A DNA stretch of 64,000 bases from Rebecca billardiae RCC1528 (Eukaryota > Protista > Haptophyta): positions 930,001 to 994,000 of the forward strand of contig OZ251236.1 of the NCBI GenBank assembly GCA_965240325.2, written 5' to 3'. This document shows, one piece after another, positions 53,301 through 64,000 of this stretch. Below the pieces are notes generated by a model. It saw nothing but the letters and a program-made list of their open reading frames with translations, made no database searches and was not told the origin of the DNA. The stretch's first letter is position 1. Every line of letters starts with the position of its first letter. The position numbers were made by a program, and so were the translations under genes.

Positions 53301-56300
53301 GCTGAGCTCCACGCACGCCGCGCTGTTCCGCACCCTCGCGCGCCGCGCCGACATTTGGCTTAACGAATACGGCGCGGCCGACGAGGGGTCGGAGGGCTCG
53401 GACGACGGGAGCGAGGGCTCGGTGGGCAGCGCAGACGAGGGGGATGAGGGCAGCGGCAGCGAGGGGAGCGGGGCCGACGAGGGCGGCGGCCTCGGCGCGG
53501 GCGGCGTGCGCGACGGCGCCCTCGCCGCCACCGCCGCCGCACACGCCGTCGCGCAGCAGCGGAGGCAGCAGCAGCGCGCCGCGGCGTTCGTGCGGCTGAT
53601 GCTCCGGCTGCCGCGCGCCGAGGCCGGGCTCGAGCAGCTGCGCACGCTGTACGCCGCGCGCCTCGCGCCGCCGCGCCGCGCGCGGGGCGGCGCCGAGGAG
53701 CGCTGGGCCGCCGAGGAGGCCGCGTTGCGTGCGCTGCTGACCCTCGACCTTGGGCTGCGCGGCGCGCAGCTCGAGGCGGTGGTTGGAGAGCTGTACGCGC
53801 AGCTGGCGGCGCTGGTTGGGCTGCCGCCGCCGCCGAGCCAGGGCGCGCTGTGCGACGAGCTCCCGCCGCCGCCGCCGCCGCCCGCGGACGAGCGCGCCGC
53901 GCGCGAGGGCGGCGCGGCGCGCGCGCGGTGCGGCGGGTGCGACAGCCCCGCGTGCGAGCGCAGCCCTCACCGCCGCGCGCCGCCCGAGCCGCCGCAGCGG
54001 CAGCGCTCGCTGCGCACGGGCGCCTCGATCCTCGAGACAGCCACGCGCGTGGCCGACCTCCGGCAGAGCGCGATCCACCGGCGCGGCCGCCCGACCATCG
54101 AGCTCGATCTCGACGACGGCGCGCCGCCCAGGCGCCGCGGCAGCGCGGCGGGCGGCGCGCGCTGCAGCGGCGCCGAGCTGGACGACGCGCCGGACGGGCG
54201 GGGTGGCCAAGTGTTCCTCTCAGAGCTGGGCCACCTGTCGCTGCTGTGCTCGCGCACGCTGCTGCAGCTGCTCGCCGAGCGGCACGAGGGGCGGCGCGCG
54301 GCGGAGGAGGCGGCGGAGTGCGCGCGGCGCCAGCAGCAGCTCGCCCCGTCCACGCCGGTCTCGCGCGACGCCTCCGGCCGCCCCGGGCTAGCGTCTCCGC
54401 TGCGCCGCGCCGCGCGCCGCTGCTCGGGAGAGCCGTATGAGGGCGGCGGCGCCGAGCCGCCCTTCCTGCGCGAGCGCGAGCGCAGCCCCTCCGTCGCGGC
54501 GTTCGTCGCGCGCGCGTCGCGCGCCTCGGGCACGGGCACGCCGCCGCCGCCGCCGCCGCCGCCGCGCCGCCCGCCCGCGCTCGGCGTGGAGTCCGCCTCG
54601 GCCCCGTCGGCGCCGTCGGAGCCGTCGGCGTGCGACACGGCGCGCGGCGGCGCGCGCGCGCCCGCAGCGAGCGCGGCCGTGTGCGAGGCCGCGCTCGTCT
54701 TCCGAGACCTGCTCCGCGCGCTCGGCGCGGAGGGCGGAGGGCACGTCCGCATCCGCGACGTGCGCACGCTGTACGGCGCGGGCGGCGGCACTGGCGCGGG
54801 CGGCGGCACCGGCGCGGGCGGCGCCGACTCCGCTGAGCTGCGCTCGCTGCTGCGCTTCGTGCGGCAGGCGGCGCGGCTCGGCGGCGGCGGCGGCGCGGGC
54901 GCCTACGACGAGCTGCCCGCGGCGGCGGCGCGCGCGCGCGCCACCGACGCGCCGGCGGCGGAGGGCGGCGGGGGCGAGGCCGACGCGGCGAGCTTTGGCG
55001 CCGAGCCGCGCGGGGGCTCCAGCAGGCAAGGCGTGCGCAGGCGCGGCACCGGACTCGTGTCCAGCATGCACTCGCGCGCCTCGACGGCGCGCGTGTCGGC
55101 GGGCACGCTCGCCGACGCGCTGAGCGACGAGGGCGGCAGCTTCAGCGAGGACAAGCCGGCCGCCACGCAGCAGCTACTCAAGCCCTCGCCGCTCGGCGCC
55201 GGCGGCGCCGGCGCGGGCGCGCGCGCCGACGCCGGGGCGGCCGCGCTCGCAGGCGTCACGCCGCCCGCGGTCGAGGCGCCCGCGCCCGCCGCCGCGCCGG
55301 GCGCGCTCGCAGAGCTCGCGCGCGAGCGCAGGTGCGACACGCGCACCGAGTCGGCGCCGGCCTCTGAGCGGAGCGAGCCGCTCGGCGGCGGCGCGGCCGC
55401 CGACGAGCGGCGCGTGAGCGTGCTAGGCGCGGAGGCGCTTGGCCGGAGGCAGCGCGGTGCGCACGTGGCGCCGCCCCCCACCGAGCGGCCGGACGCGCGT
55501 CGGCGCAGCAGCCTCAACCGCGTGAGCGCGCTGGGCGTCGTCGTGCCGGTGGCGCGCGCGCGCACGAGCCTCCCGGATACCCACTTTCTACTTGCGCTCG
55601 GGACGTGGCTCCACGCGAGCGCGGACGAGGCGGAGGCGGAGGCGGAGGCGGAGGCGGAGGCGGAGGTGGAGGCGGAGGCGGCGGGCTCGCGGCTCGGGTC
55701 GGGCGAGGTGGGCGCGGCCGGCGGCGCCGAGAGCGCCGAGGGCGGCGTGCATCCGCGCGCACACTCGCCACCGCCGGCCGCACGCGCCGCCGCGCCCACC
55801 GCCGCCGAGCCCACAGCCGCCGCCGCGCGCGCGCCGGCTGCTCAGCAGGCCGCTTCCGCTCGCCCGTGGCCTCTTGGCCGCCGCGGCGCTTGGCGCGTGC
55901 GGCCGGCGGCAGCGACGGCAGCCGCGGGCGCGGCGTCGGAGGGGAAGCAGCCTGCGGCGGCACTCGCGGGCGGCGCGGCGGGCTCGGAGCCGGACGGCGG
56001 GCCGCGCCCCTCGCTCAGGCTGAGCGCGCTGCGCGAGGGCGGAGGCGCAGCCGAGCCGGCGGGCGGCGCGGCCGCGCGGCCGACGCGCGCCGCGCGCCGC
56101 GCGCTCGGGGAAGCGGAGGATGCGCACGGCGCGGAGCTGCGCGCGCGCCTGAGCACCGCGGCGTCGTGCGCCGCGCTCGCCGACGCGATCGCGCACCGGC
56201 TGAGCGTCGGTCGCCTCGACGCCGCCGAGCGCGCGCGCGCGGGCGCGCTGCTCGAGATTGCATCTGGGTCTCTCACCCTCGCGCCGCGCACGCGCGCCGA

Positions 56301-59300
56301 CGAGCTCGAAGCGTGGTGCGCGGCTGAGCTCGGCGCGCTGCTCGAGCGCGGCGGCGGCTCGAGCGGCGGCGGCTCCGAGAGCGCCGAGCCCGACGACGAG
56401 GCGGGCGTGAGCTGGGAGCAGCTGCTGCAGCGGCTGCACTCCCGGGCGGACGAGCTTCGCGCCGCGGGGGCGTCGGGCGCGGCCGGCGGCCGCGGCGGTC
56501 GCGGCCGCGGCGATGGCGGCGGCGCGCGGCGCGGCCGGCTCGGCCGAGCGGCGCGGCTGCTCGCCGTGCTCGCCGGGCGTGGCGGCGGCGGCGGCGGCCG
56601 CGGCAGCGACGCCGGCGGCCGACCGAGCGGCGCCTCCGCCGCGGTCGGCGGCGCGGGCGCGCCGGGCGGCGGCGGCGGCCAAGCGGCGGCGGCCGACTCG
56701 GCGCCGCCCTTCAGCCCTGTCGCCAGCCTGCGCTCGCCGCTCGTGCGAGGTGCACACGCCGTCTTTGTGAGCGCGGTGCTCTTCGAGACGCTCGCGTTCC
56801 CGGTGTCGCTGGCGATGATCGAGCACACCGCGCACTTCCGCTGGCTGCGCACCTGCTTCGTCGCGGCCGACGCCATCTTCGCCGCGCGGCTGTGCCTCCG
56901 CTTCTGCACGTCGTACGTGAACGAGAGCTCGGTCGAGGTGTTTGAATGGCAGGCGGTGGCGCGCGCGTACCTGCACTCGGGGTTCGTGCCAGACGCGCTG
57001 GCGCTGTGGCCGATGGACCACGTGCTGCGCGCGGCGGGCCAGCCGGCGCACGTCGTGGCGGCGCTGCGCGCCAACCGCCTGCTCTACGCACACTACCTGC
57101 TCCGCGCGGCGCACCGCTGGCACGCGCGGCTCTCGGAGCGAGATCTGCTCGGGGGCGTGCTCGCCAAGTGGGGCGCCCTGCTCCTTTTTACCCACTTCAT
57201 CGCGTGCGTGTGGCACGTGATGGGGTACGAGGCGGACCAGGCGCGCGTGCTCGCGACCTGGGCGGACAACTACGAGAAGAAGCTCGCCCAGTTCGGCGCG
57301 CCCGCGCCGGGCGAGGGCGGCGTCTCCGAGGAGGCGGAGGTGCTCCACCACTATCTGATCGCGTTCGAATGGTGTGTGCTCGGCGGCGGGCTGCCCGGCA
57401 ACCGCGGGGAAGTGATCTTCCTGCTCGCGGTGCTCGTGCTCTCGCTCGTGCTGTACACGTGGGCGGTGGGCGCGGTCTCGCGGCTCGTGATGCGCCTCGA
57501 CTCCGAGATCGTCGCCAAGCGCGCGCAGCTCGAGCTCGTGCACGGGTACGTGCGGCACATCGCGGTGCCGCCAGCGCTCAAGGCGCGGATGCGATCCTTC
57601 TTTGCGCTGCGGCTGCAGACGAGCTCGCTCTCGGCGGTGCACTCCGAGCAGATCGGCGCGGAGCTGCCGATGGCGCTGCAGATGGAGGTGGCGGCGCGCA
57701 CGAGCCGGCCGGTCGTGAGCGCGTGCGCGCTGCTCGCCGGCTGCGCGCCGGGCTTCCTCGACCGGCTGAGCGCGATGCTCCGAGAGCGCGAGGTGGAGGC
57801 GGAGAGCGTCGTGTGGCGCGCGGGCGAGGCGTCGCGCGAGCTGATCTTCGTCGGCAGCGGCGCGCTCGAGCTCTCCGACGACGCGGACGCGGACGGCGGC
57901 GCGGATGGCGGCGCCGAGCCCGAGCTCGCCCTCCGCCGCGCGGGCGAGTGCGCGGGCGAGGTTGAGTTCGTCTTCGGCATCCGCAGGCTGCAGTGCGCGC
58001 GCGTGTCGCGCGGCGCTCCGGCGCGTCTCTTCTCACTTGGCACGGCGCCGTACCGAGAGCTGCTCAAGACGTTCCCCTCGCAGGAGGACGTGCTGATGGA
58101 GAACGCGATGCGCGAGGTGGAGGGTGCGCCGCGCGGCGCCGCGCGCCGCGTCGCGCCGCCGCGTCGTCCGGCGCGCCGCGACGCACCCTCAGCCGCGCCG
58201 CCCCGGCCGCACCTCGGCCGCGCCGCGCCTCGCCGTGCGTGTTGCGCAGGCGCGATGACCACGCGCTCCGGCCGCTCCAAGCTCTCCGAGGGCGGCACCA
58301 GCCTCGCGCCCTCCGAGGGCGTCGGCAGCCGCGCCAGCCACGCCGCGCGCTCGCGGCGCAGCGAGGGCGAGACCGCGGCCGAGAGCGCGCGCGCTCAAGA
58401 GCTGCATGACGTCAAGCATGTGCGAAGCCGCGCCGCGCGCGCACGGGCGCGTTCGCGTCAGCAGGGGGGGCTGGCTCGGCGCGGCACGGCGCGTCCGCTC
58501 AGCCGCCGCGTCCGCTCCCTCCCTCCCCGGCCTTCCGCCTCGCGCCGCGCCGGCGCGCGCGCGCTCAGATCCTGAGCGTGGCCAAGGCGCGGCGGCAGGC
58601 GCTCTTTCACACGCGGCTGTGCTGGGCCTGCGCCAAGGCGGACACCGAGCAGGTGCGGCGCATGCTGGGCACGCCCGCGTTCGACGGCGCGCACGCGGAC
58701 GCCCTCGGCCGGCGCGCGCTGCACCTCGCGGCGTGCGGCGGCAGCGTGCGCGTGCTGCAGCTGCTGCTCGCCGCGCGCTCCGAAGTGAACGCCGAGGACA
58801 AGGATGGGCGCACCGCGCTCACCGACGCGCTGTCGAGCGGGCACGCGGACGCTGCGGAGCTGCTTCGAGCGCACGGCGCGAAGCACGGGCGCACCAAGTC
58901 GGTGACGTGCAGTTGCCCCGAGTACGAGCACCTCAACCTCGCCGCCGCGACGGACGACGGCGGCGCGCTGCTGCGCGCCGAGCTCGCCAGGGGGATGCCG
59001 GCCGACGCGGCCGCGCCCGACGGCCGCACCCCGCTCCACGTCGCCGCCGCCGAGGGGCACGTCGAGCACGCGCGACTGCTGCTTGCGCGCGGCGCGGCGG
59101 TGGACGCTGTGGACGCGCGCGGCGCCACGCCGCTCGCCGAGGCGGTGCGCGCGCGCAGGGACGCGTGCGCGGCGCTACTGGTCGCGCACGGCGCCACCCT
59201 CGGCGAGCGCTTCGAGCACGCGCGCGAGATGTGCGCCGCGGCCGCCGCCAACGACGTCGAGCAGCTCAAGCGACTCGCGCGGTTCGGCGGCGCGCCGAGC

Positions 59301-60215
59301 GCGCAGGACGCGCTCGGGCGCACCGCGCTGCACCTCGCCGCCTCCGCCGGCCACGTGAGCGCCGTGCAGGCGCTGCTCGAGCTCGGAGGGCTTCGGCTCT
59401 CGCTCGAGGACGCGCTGGGCAACACCGCGCTCGACGACGCCGAGCGCGCCGAGGCGGGCGAGGCGGACGCTGTGCTCGCGCCTCTGCTGCGCAGGGCGGG
59501 TGGCGCACGCGGCTCGCACGCGCACCGCGCCGAGGCGGCGGGCGGCACGACGGCGGGCGAGGAGGCGCAGCTCGACGCGCAGCGCGTCGAGCTGCGCCGC
59601 GCCGAGCGGCTGCGCGCCAAGGCGCTCGTCGTCGTCGAGTGGGCGCAGCGCGAGCTCGGCAGCGCGCGCGGCTTCAACGCGCAGCTGAACGCGGCGCTCA
59701 AGCTCGAGCGCGCGCGCGGGCTCGTGCTCGCCGACGAGATGCCCGAGCTGTGGGAGGAGCTCTTCGCGTTCGCGGAGGCGCACTACGCGTGGCACGCGGA
59801 CGCGGTCGACGCGGTGCGGCTGGCGCTCGGCGCGTGGATCGGTGACGCGGGCGAGGGCGGCAGGCGTGACGTGCTGGAGCGCGCGAAGGCCAATGTGCGC
59901 GCCGCCGCGCCGGCGCGACCGTCTCGCGCGAGCCCGCCTCGGCCGCGCGCGCGCCGGCGCTCACGCCGACGCGCCTCGCCCCTCTCACCGCGCGCGCCGC
60001 GCGCCGCGCAGCTCGAGGAGGCGATCGGCACGCACGAGCAGGGCTCGCGCACCCTCGAGCGGCTGTACGAGACCACCTATCGCGCGCCCAGCAAGCAGCA
60101 CGCCTCCAACGCGCTCGTCACCGCCGGCGGCGAGCCGGGCGCGGGCGACGGCGCGCGCGCGCCGGACGCTCCTGGCGGCCGCCGGCGCGGGCGGATTCCC
60201 CGCGACATCGTCTGA
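50387..60215 (+). CDS. Tandem two-repeat AKT/SKOR-like channel protein ([TM-pore-C-linker-CNBD-ankyrins] x2), ~3109 aa; exons 50387-51278, 51386-58123, 58250-58419, 58569-59894, 60012-60215
   Basis: HWTACVWW and HFIACVWH S5 motifs; C-linkers; CNBDs (IFKRGD...VGEVAF; VWRAGE...AGEVEF); many RTPLH/RTALH ankyrin repeats after each CNBD. Summed exons (9330 bp) are a multiple of three. Confidence 0.82.
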
Positions 60216-60268
60216 TTTGCCGCGAGTCCTGTCCGGTGACCGTCGAAGACTCCACGACAAAATCGACA

Positions 60269-61054
60269 ATGACGGCCGCGATCGGCGCTCTCGTCATCAC
60301 GAGCCTCGGCGTCCTGCGCGGCGGCGCTCCCCACGTTACTCCCCGCGTCGCCTCGGCAGTGCGCCCTCAGCTCGCGGACCGCGCTTTCGAGCGCCGGGCG
60401 GCCCTCGCGGCCCTGATCGCACTTGCTCCGGGCGCCGCGCTTGGCTTTGACAATGGCATCCCTGACATGGCCAAGTACAAGGACAAGCCGAAGCAGCGTG
60501 GGCCCAAGCCGAGCGACATCGGCTTGAAGCGGCGCTTGATCAACGCGGACGGCGATGAGCTCGACAGCGCCGTCAAGACGTGCTCCGCCGCGCCCAACTG
60601 CTTCAGCACCACGGGCGACGCAAACGGGCTGCCTGAGGACGCCGAGCATCTGATCGCGCCCTGGGTGCCCCCCAAGGGCACGTCTGCGAAGCAGGGCCTG
60701 ACGCAACTGGTGGAAGTGCTCAAGACGTACCCGCCAGGGCACGATGGCATCGACGGCGGCGGTTTCAAGCTCGTCGAGGTCACACCCACGTACGTGTACG
60801 CGCAATTTGAGAGCTTGCGCCAGGGGTATATTGATGACGTCGAGTTTGCTGCTGGCGGCGGCGCCGCAGGGGAAGAGGGCATCCAGGTGCGCTCGTCGTC
60901 GCGGCTGGGCTATCTGGACTTTGCCGTGAATGCCGTGCGGCTGAACTGGATCGCTGCGCAGCTCCGTCAGAAGGGGTGGGCAGCAGCAGCCATCACGCCT
61001 GAGAAGGCGCCGTCTTACTTCCAGCAGAACGCGCCTCGGAAGCCGCTCGCCTGA
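60269..61054 (+). CDS. DUF1499 family protein, probably thylakoid-lumen targeted
   Basis: Signal plus transit-like leader, RRAALAAL twin-Arg helix, CSAAPNCFST, GYIDDVEF and QVRSSSRLGYLDFAVNAVRL. Confidence 0.85.
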   Translation: MTAAIGALVITSLGVLRGGAPHVTPRVASAVRPQLADRAFERRAALAALIALAPGAALGFDNGIPDMAKYKDKPKQRGPKPSDIGLKRRLINADGDELDSAVKTCSAAPNCFSTTGDANGLPEDAEHLIAPWVPPKGTSAKQGLTQLVEVLKTYPPGHDGIDGGGFKLVEVTPTYVYAQFESLRQGYIDDVEFAAGGGAAGEEGIQVRSSSRLGYLDFAVNAVRLNWIAAQLRQKGWAAAAITPEKAPSYFQQNAPRKPLA

Positions 61055-61891
61055 CGGGGGCAAGCGGGCGTCACCGCATGCTGGCGCAACTTGCTCGGCG
61101 AGTCGGCGTACGATGTACAGTTTAGAAGGTTTTTAACGAGACGCGCGGCTTGCTGACTGATGTCAGTCAGAACGCCGGCAACCTCGAGCGCGTGGCGAAG
61201 GAGAGCACCGGTCGTAGTTCACCTCGCAGTCCGCGACACGCCCCGATTCCCGAAGCGCCGGCGCGGCGGCTGCGCTCGGACCGAGTACCGACGGTCCGCC
61301 GCCCGCCACCTGTGCGGCGGCGGGCGGGGCGGCGTGCCTGTTCGGCTCGGCCACAGTACAGTACAACGCGCGCATGCCGCATGAGCGTAGGAGCAGCGGT
61401 ACGTGCGGGCGAAGAACGCCACTACTCTGTGCTGTGAGCTGTCATCTCATCATTATTGCCGCATCCTATCTTATTATTAATATTTTTTGATTTTGCAGCG
61501 CAGAGCCGCATACATAATAATTATGCGCGCGGCCCCGCCCCGGCTTTCGCTCCGATGACGCTCAGACCAGTTTCGCGGGGGGCGTGCGCCAGCATAACGG
61601 TAGTCACACTACGGTGCTGGCGAGTGGCGGCGCTATATACTACTAGCTGCGCTGGCATCGCGTATAACTGGGGCCACTGCACGCGGACAACTGCCGTCGG
61701 CTGAGTCACAGGAACGCCCCGCGCCGCGGGCCGCGGTCACGGGTACATCAGCATCACTCATCACTCTGGCCTGGCCGCTGCACGACGGCCCACAGACCAC
61801 GACGGGGACTTCGGCCGGCTGTGGATCCAACGCCGACAGCGACGGCGCGCGAGCTGCTTCGGCAGCTTCGCCCTCAGATGTCATCACTTGG

Positions 61892-63628
61892 TCAGAGCGA
61901 TGCGCGGTAATGGCCGAACGGGCTACCCGCGCCGACCTGCTCCGCCGCCACGGCGTGCGCTTGCGCGGCGTGGGCGAGCTCGTCGTAGAGCGCTGGTCGT
62001 TGAACCGCGTGTGGAGACGCGGCCACGCTCAGCCGTCGGTTTTTGAGGTCGGCCGACGAGTCGACGGCCGTGAGCGGCTCATCCATGGCCGACTTCTCCT
62101 TGGGCCTGAGGCCCACCTTTTGCAGAAGAGGCACGTACCACGGGGTGGTGCACACGTAGATGGCGCAGTATGTGAGCAGCCCGCCCACGACGCCGTTGGC
62201 GATGGAGTAGGTGAGCGGCATGACGGCGATGGTCAGGTACGCTGGGAACGACTCATTGAACTCGTCCCAGTTCATCACGCCGGCAGGCCCCATCATGAGC
62301 GCGCCTGCGGCGCGCGCACGGCGCGTGCAGACGGTGCCAGCGTACGACGCTCGTGAGCGTGCCTCCGCGCGTGGCGCAGGCGGGGCGCACGCGCCGCGCG
62401 AGGCCCGCACCGACGATGATGAGCGCCGGCGCCGTCGCCGTGGGCGGCACCGCCGAGAAGATCGGGATGAAGAAGACCGCGAGCGCAAAGTAGCCGGCGA
62501 TCACCAGCGCCGTCAGCCCCGTGCGCCCGCCGTCGGCAATGCCCGCGCACGTCTCGTTGGCGATGATGATCGGCGAGGTGCCGAGCACCGCGCCGGCGAT
62601 CGTGCCTATGGCCGAGGCGAGGAAGGCGGCCGTCGAGCCCGGCAGCTTGTGCGTCACCGGGTCCACCAGCCCAGCCTGCAGCCCCGCGCCAAACTGCACG
62701 CCCGCCGTGTCAAAGATAGCAACGAACAGGAAGGCGAGCGTGACCGGCACCGTCTGCTGCCACCGCTCCATGTAGCCGGCGAAGTCCATGTGGTTGAAGG
62801 TGCCCTCGAAGGTGGGCAGCTCGACGACGCCGGAGGGCAGCGGCGAGAGGCCGGAGAACCACGAGACGCACGACGAGAGCACCACGCCGATCAGCATCGC
62901 GCCTTGCACCTGGTGCACCGTGAGGATCGCGATCAGCAGCGTGGTCGCGACGCCGAGCAGCACGTGCATCGACGTCACGTCGCCGAGCGCGACGAGTGTC
63001 TCGTCGTTAGGCACGACCAGGCCGGTCATCCGGAAGCCGATGAACGCCTGGAAGAGCCCGATGCCCACGGTGATCGCGTGCTTGAGGTTGTGCGGCATGA
63101 TGGACTGGATCAGCGTCGACGCACCGCACGCCGACAGCAGCGCGAAGACCTGCGGCCGCGGCGGGCGAGCGGGAGGGGCCGCGGTGCGATGCGGCGCATG
63201 AGCGCAGCGCAGGCGGACGTGCGTACATCACGCAAGGCTTCGCATGCCGGGCGGGTGCTGCACGGGCTGCGCGCGACACCCACCACGCCATTCACGGCGC
63301 ACGCGGCGAGAGCAATGCCGTAGGACATGTTGTTGGCGACGCACACGCCAAACGCAAAGTAGGCGTTCAGGCCCATGCCGGGACCCAGGCCGAACGGCAG
63401 GTTGGCCACGAGCCCCACGAAGGTGCACGCGATGATCGCGCTCACGGCGGTCGCGGACGCCACGGGCCGGAACGGCATGCCCGAGCCGCTCAGGATGGTC
63501 GGGTTCACAAGCAGGATGTACGCCATCGTCATGAAGGTCACCGTCCCGGCACGGAATTCCGTGCCGATCGTGGTGCCGCGCTCGGTGAGTTTGAAGTACG
63601 CATCGAACTTTTCCGCGAGCCAGCTCAT
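61892..63628 (-). CDS. azgA: AzgA-family adenine/guanine/hypoxanthine permease (~498 aa); exons 63628-63284, 63149-62411, 62304-61892
   Basis: FKLTERGTTIGTEFRAGTVTFMTMAYIL-x-VNP, PGMGLNAYF, GIGLF, FDTAG, GTSP...E...G...GGRTGLTA and MPLTYSIANG. Confidence 0.93.
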
Positions 63629-64000
63629 GGTGGCGACCTCGATCCAGGCCGTCTTTTCGCACGGTTGGCCGCCTGCGAACGCGCGCCTGCTGCAGCACGC
63701 GGCAAGGCCGCGCGCACTCTCGATCGTCAGCTACGGCCTGTCCAGGTGCAACTTGAAACTGCGGTCTGAGAACGGTCGTGTAGAAATACGACACGCCTCA
63801 CGCCGCTTCGCTACTGTACTTCACGATAAGCACCATAGTTCATTTCGAAACGGACTATCATGGGAGGGAGAATCTCATCAGCAACTACTTTTGGTAGCTC
63901 ATCGCCCTATCTGGTTACTACTACTACTACCACGGGCTTATTGCCCGTTTCGGAATCGCCAGCAATGTTTGCTGAGCAAGCACAGCGACAAGCCAAAAGG

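Overview
This is GC-rich eukaryotic nuclear DNA with spliceosomal GT-AG introns (mostly GTGCG...CAG, 106-260 bp, GC-dinucleotide rich). A haptophyte such as a pavlovophyte is a plausible source, inferred from composition, intron style and plastid-type targeting peptides, and not verified. About 17 protein-coding genes are supported: an EF-hand protein, two PhyH-like Fe(II)/2OG dioxygenases, a JmjC protein, two sulfotransferases, two divergently oriented polycystin-1-like REJ/GPS receptors, an EDR2-C/DUF1336 protein, a tandem double four-TM protein, PDIA6, a SUMO-like protein, a novel ~56-aa repeat protein, a mitochondrial carrier, an alpha/beta hydrolase, a ~3100-aa tandem two-repeat CNBD/ankyrin channel, a DUF1499 protein and an AzgA purine permease. 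Decayed mobile-element sequence and microsatellites lie between genes. The most striking structure is the inverted polycystin pair: ~3.15 kb near-identical arms flank a 9.6 kb spacer carrying both diverged N-terminal heads, so the spacer could in principle invert and swap heads. Exon boundaries were placed by eye and checked for frame only. No rRNA, tRNA or CRISPR array was found.
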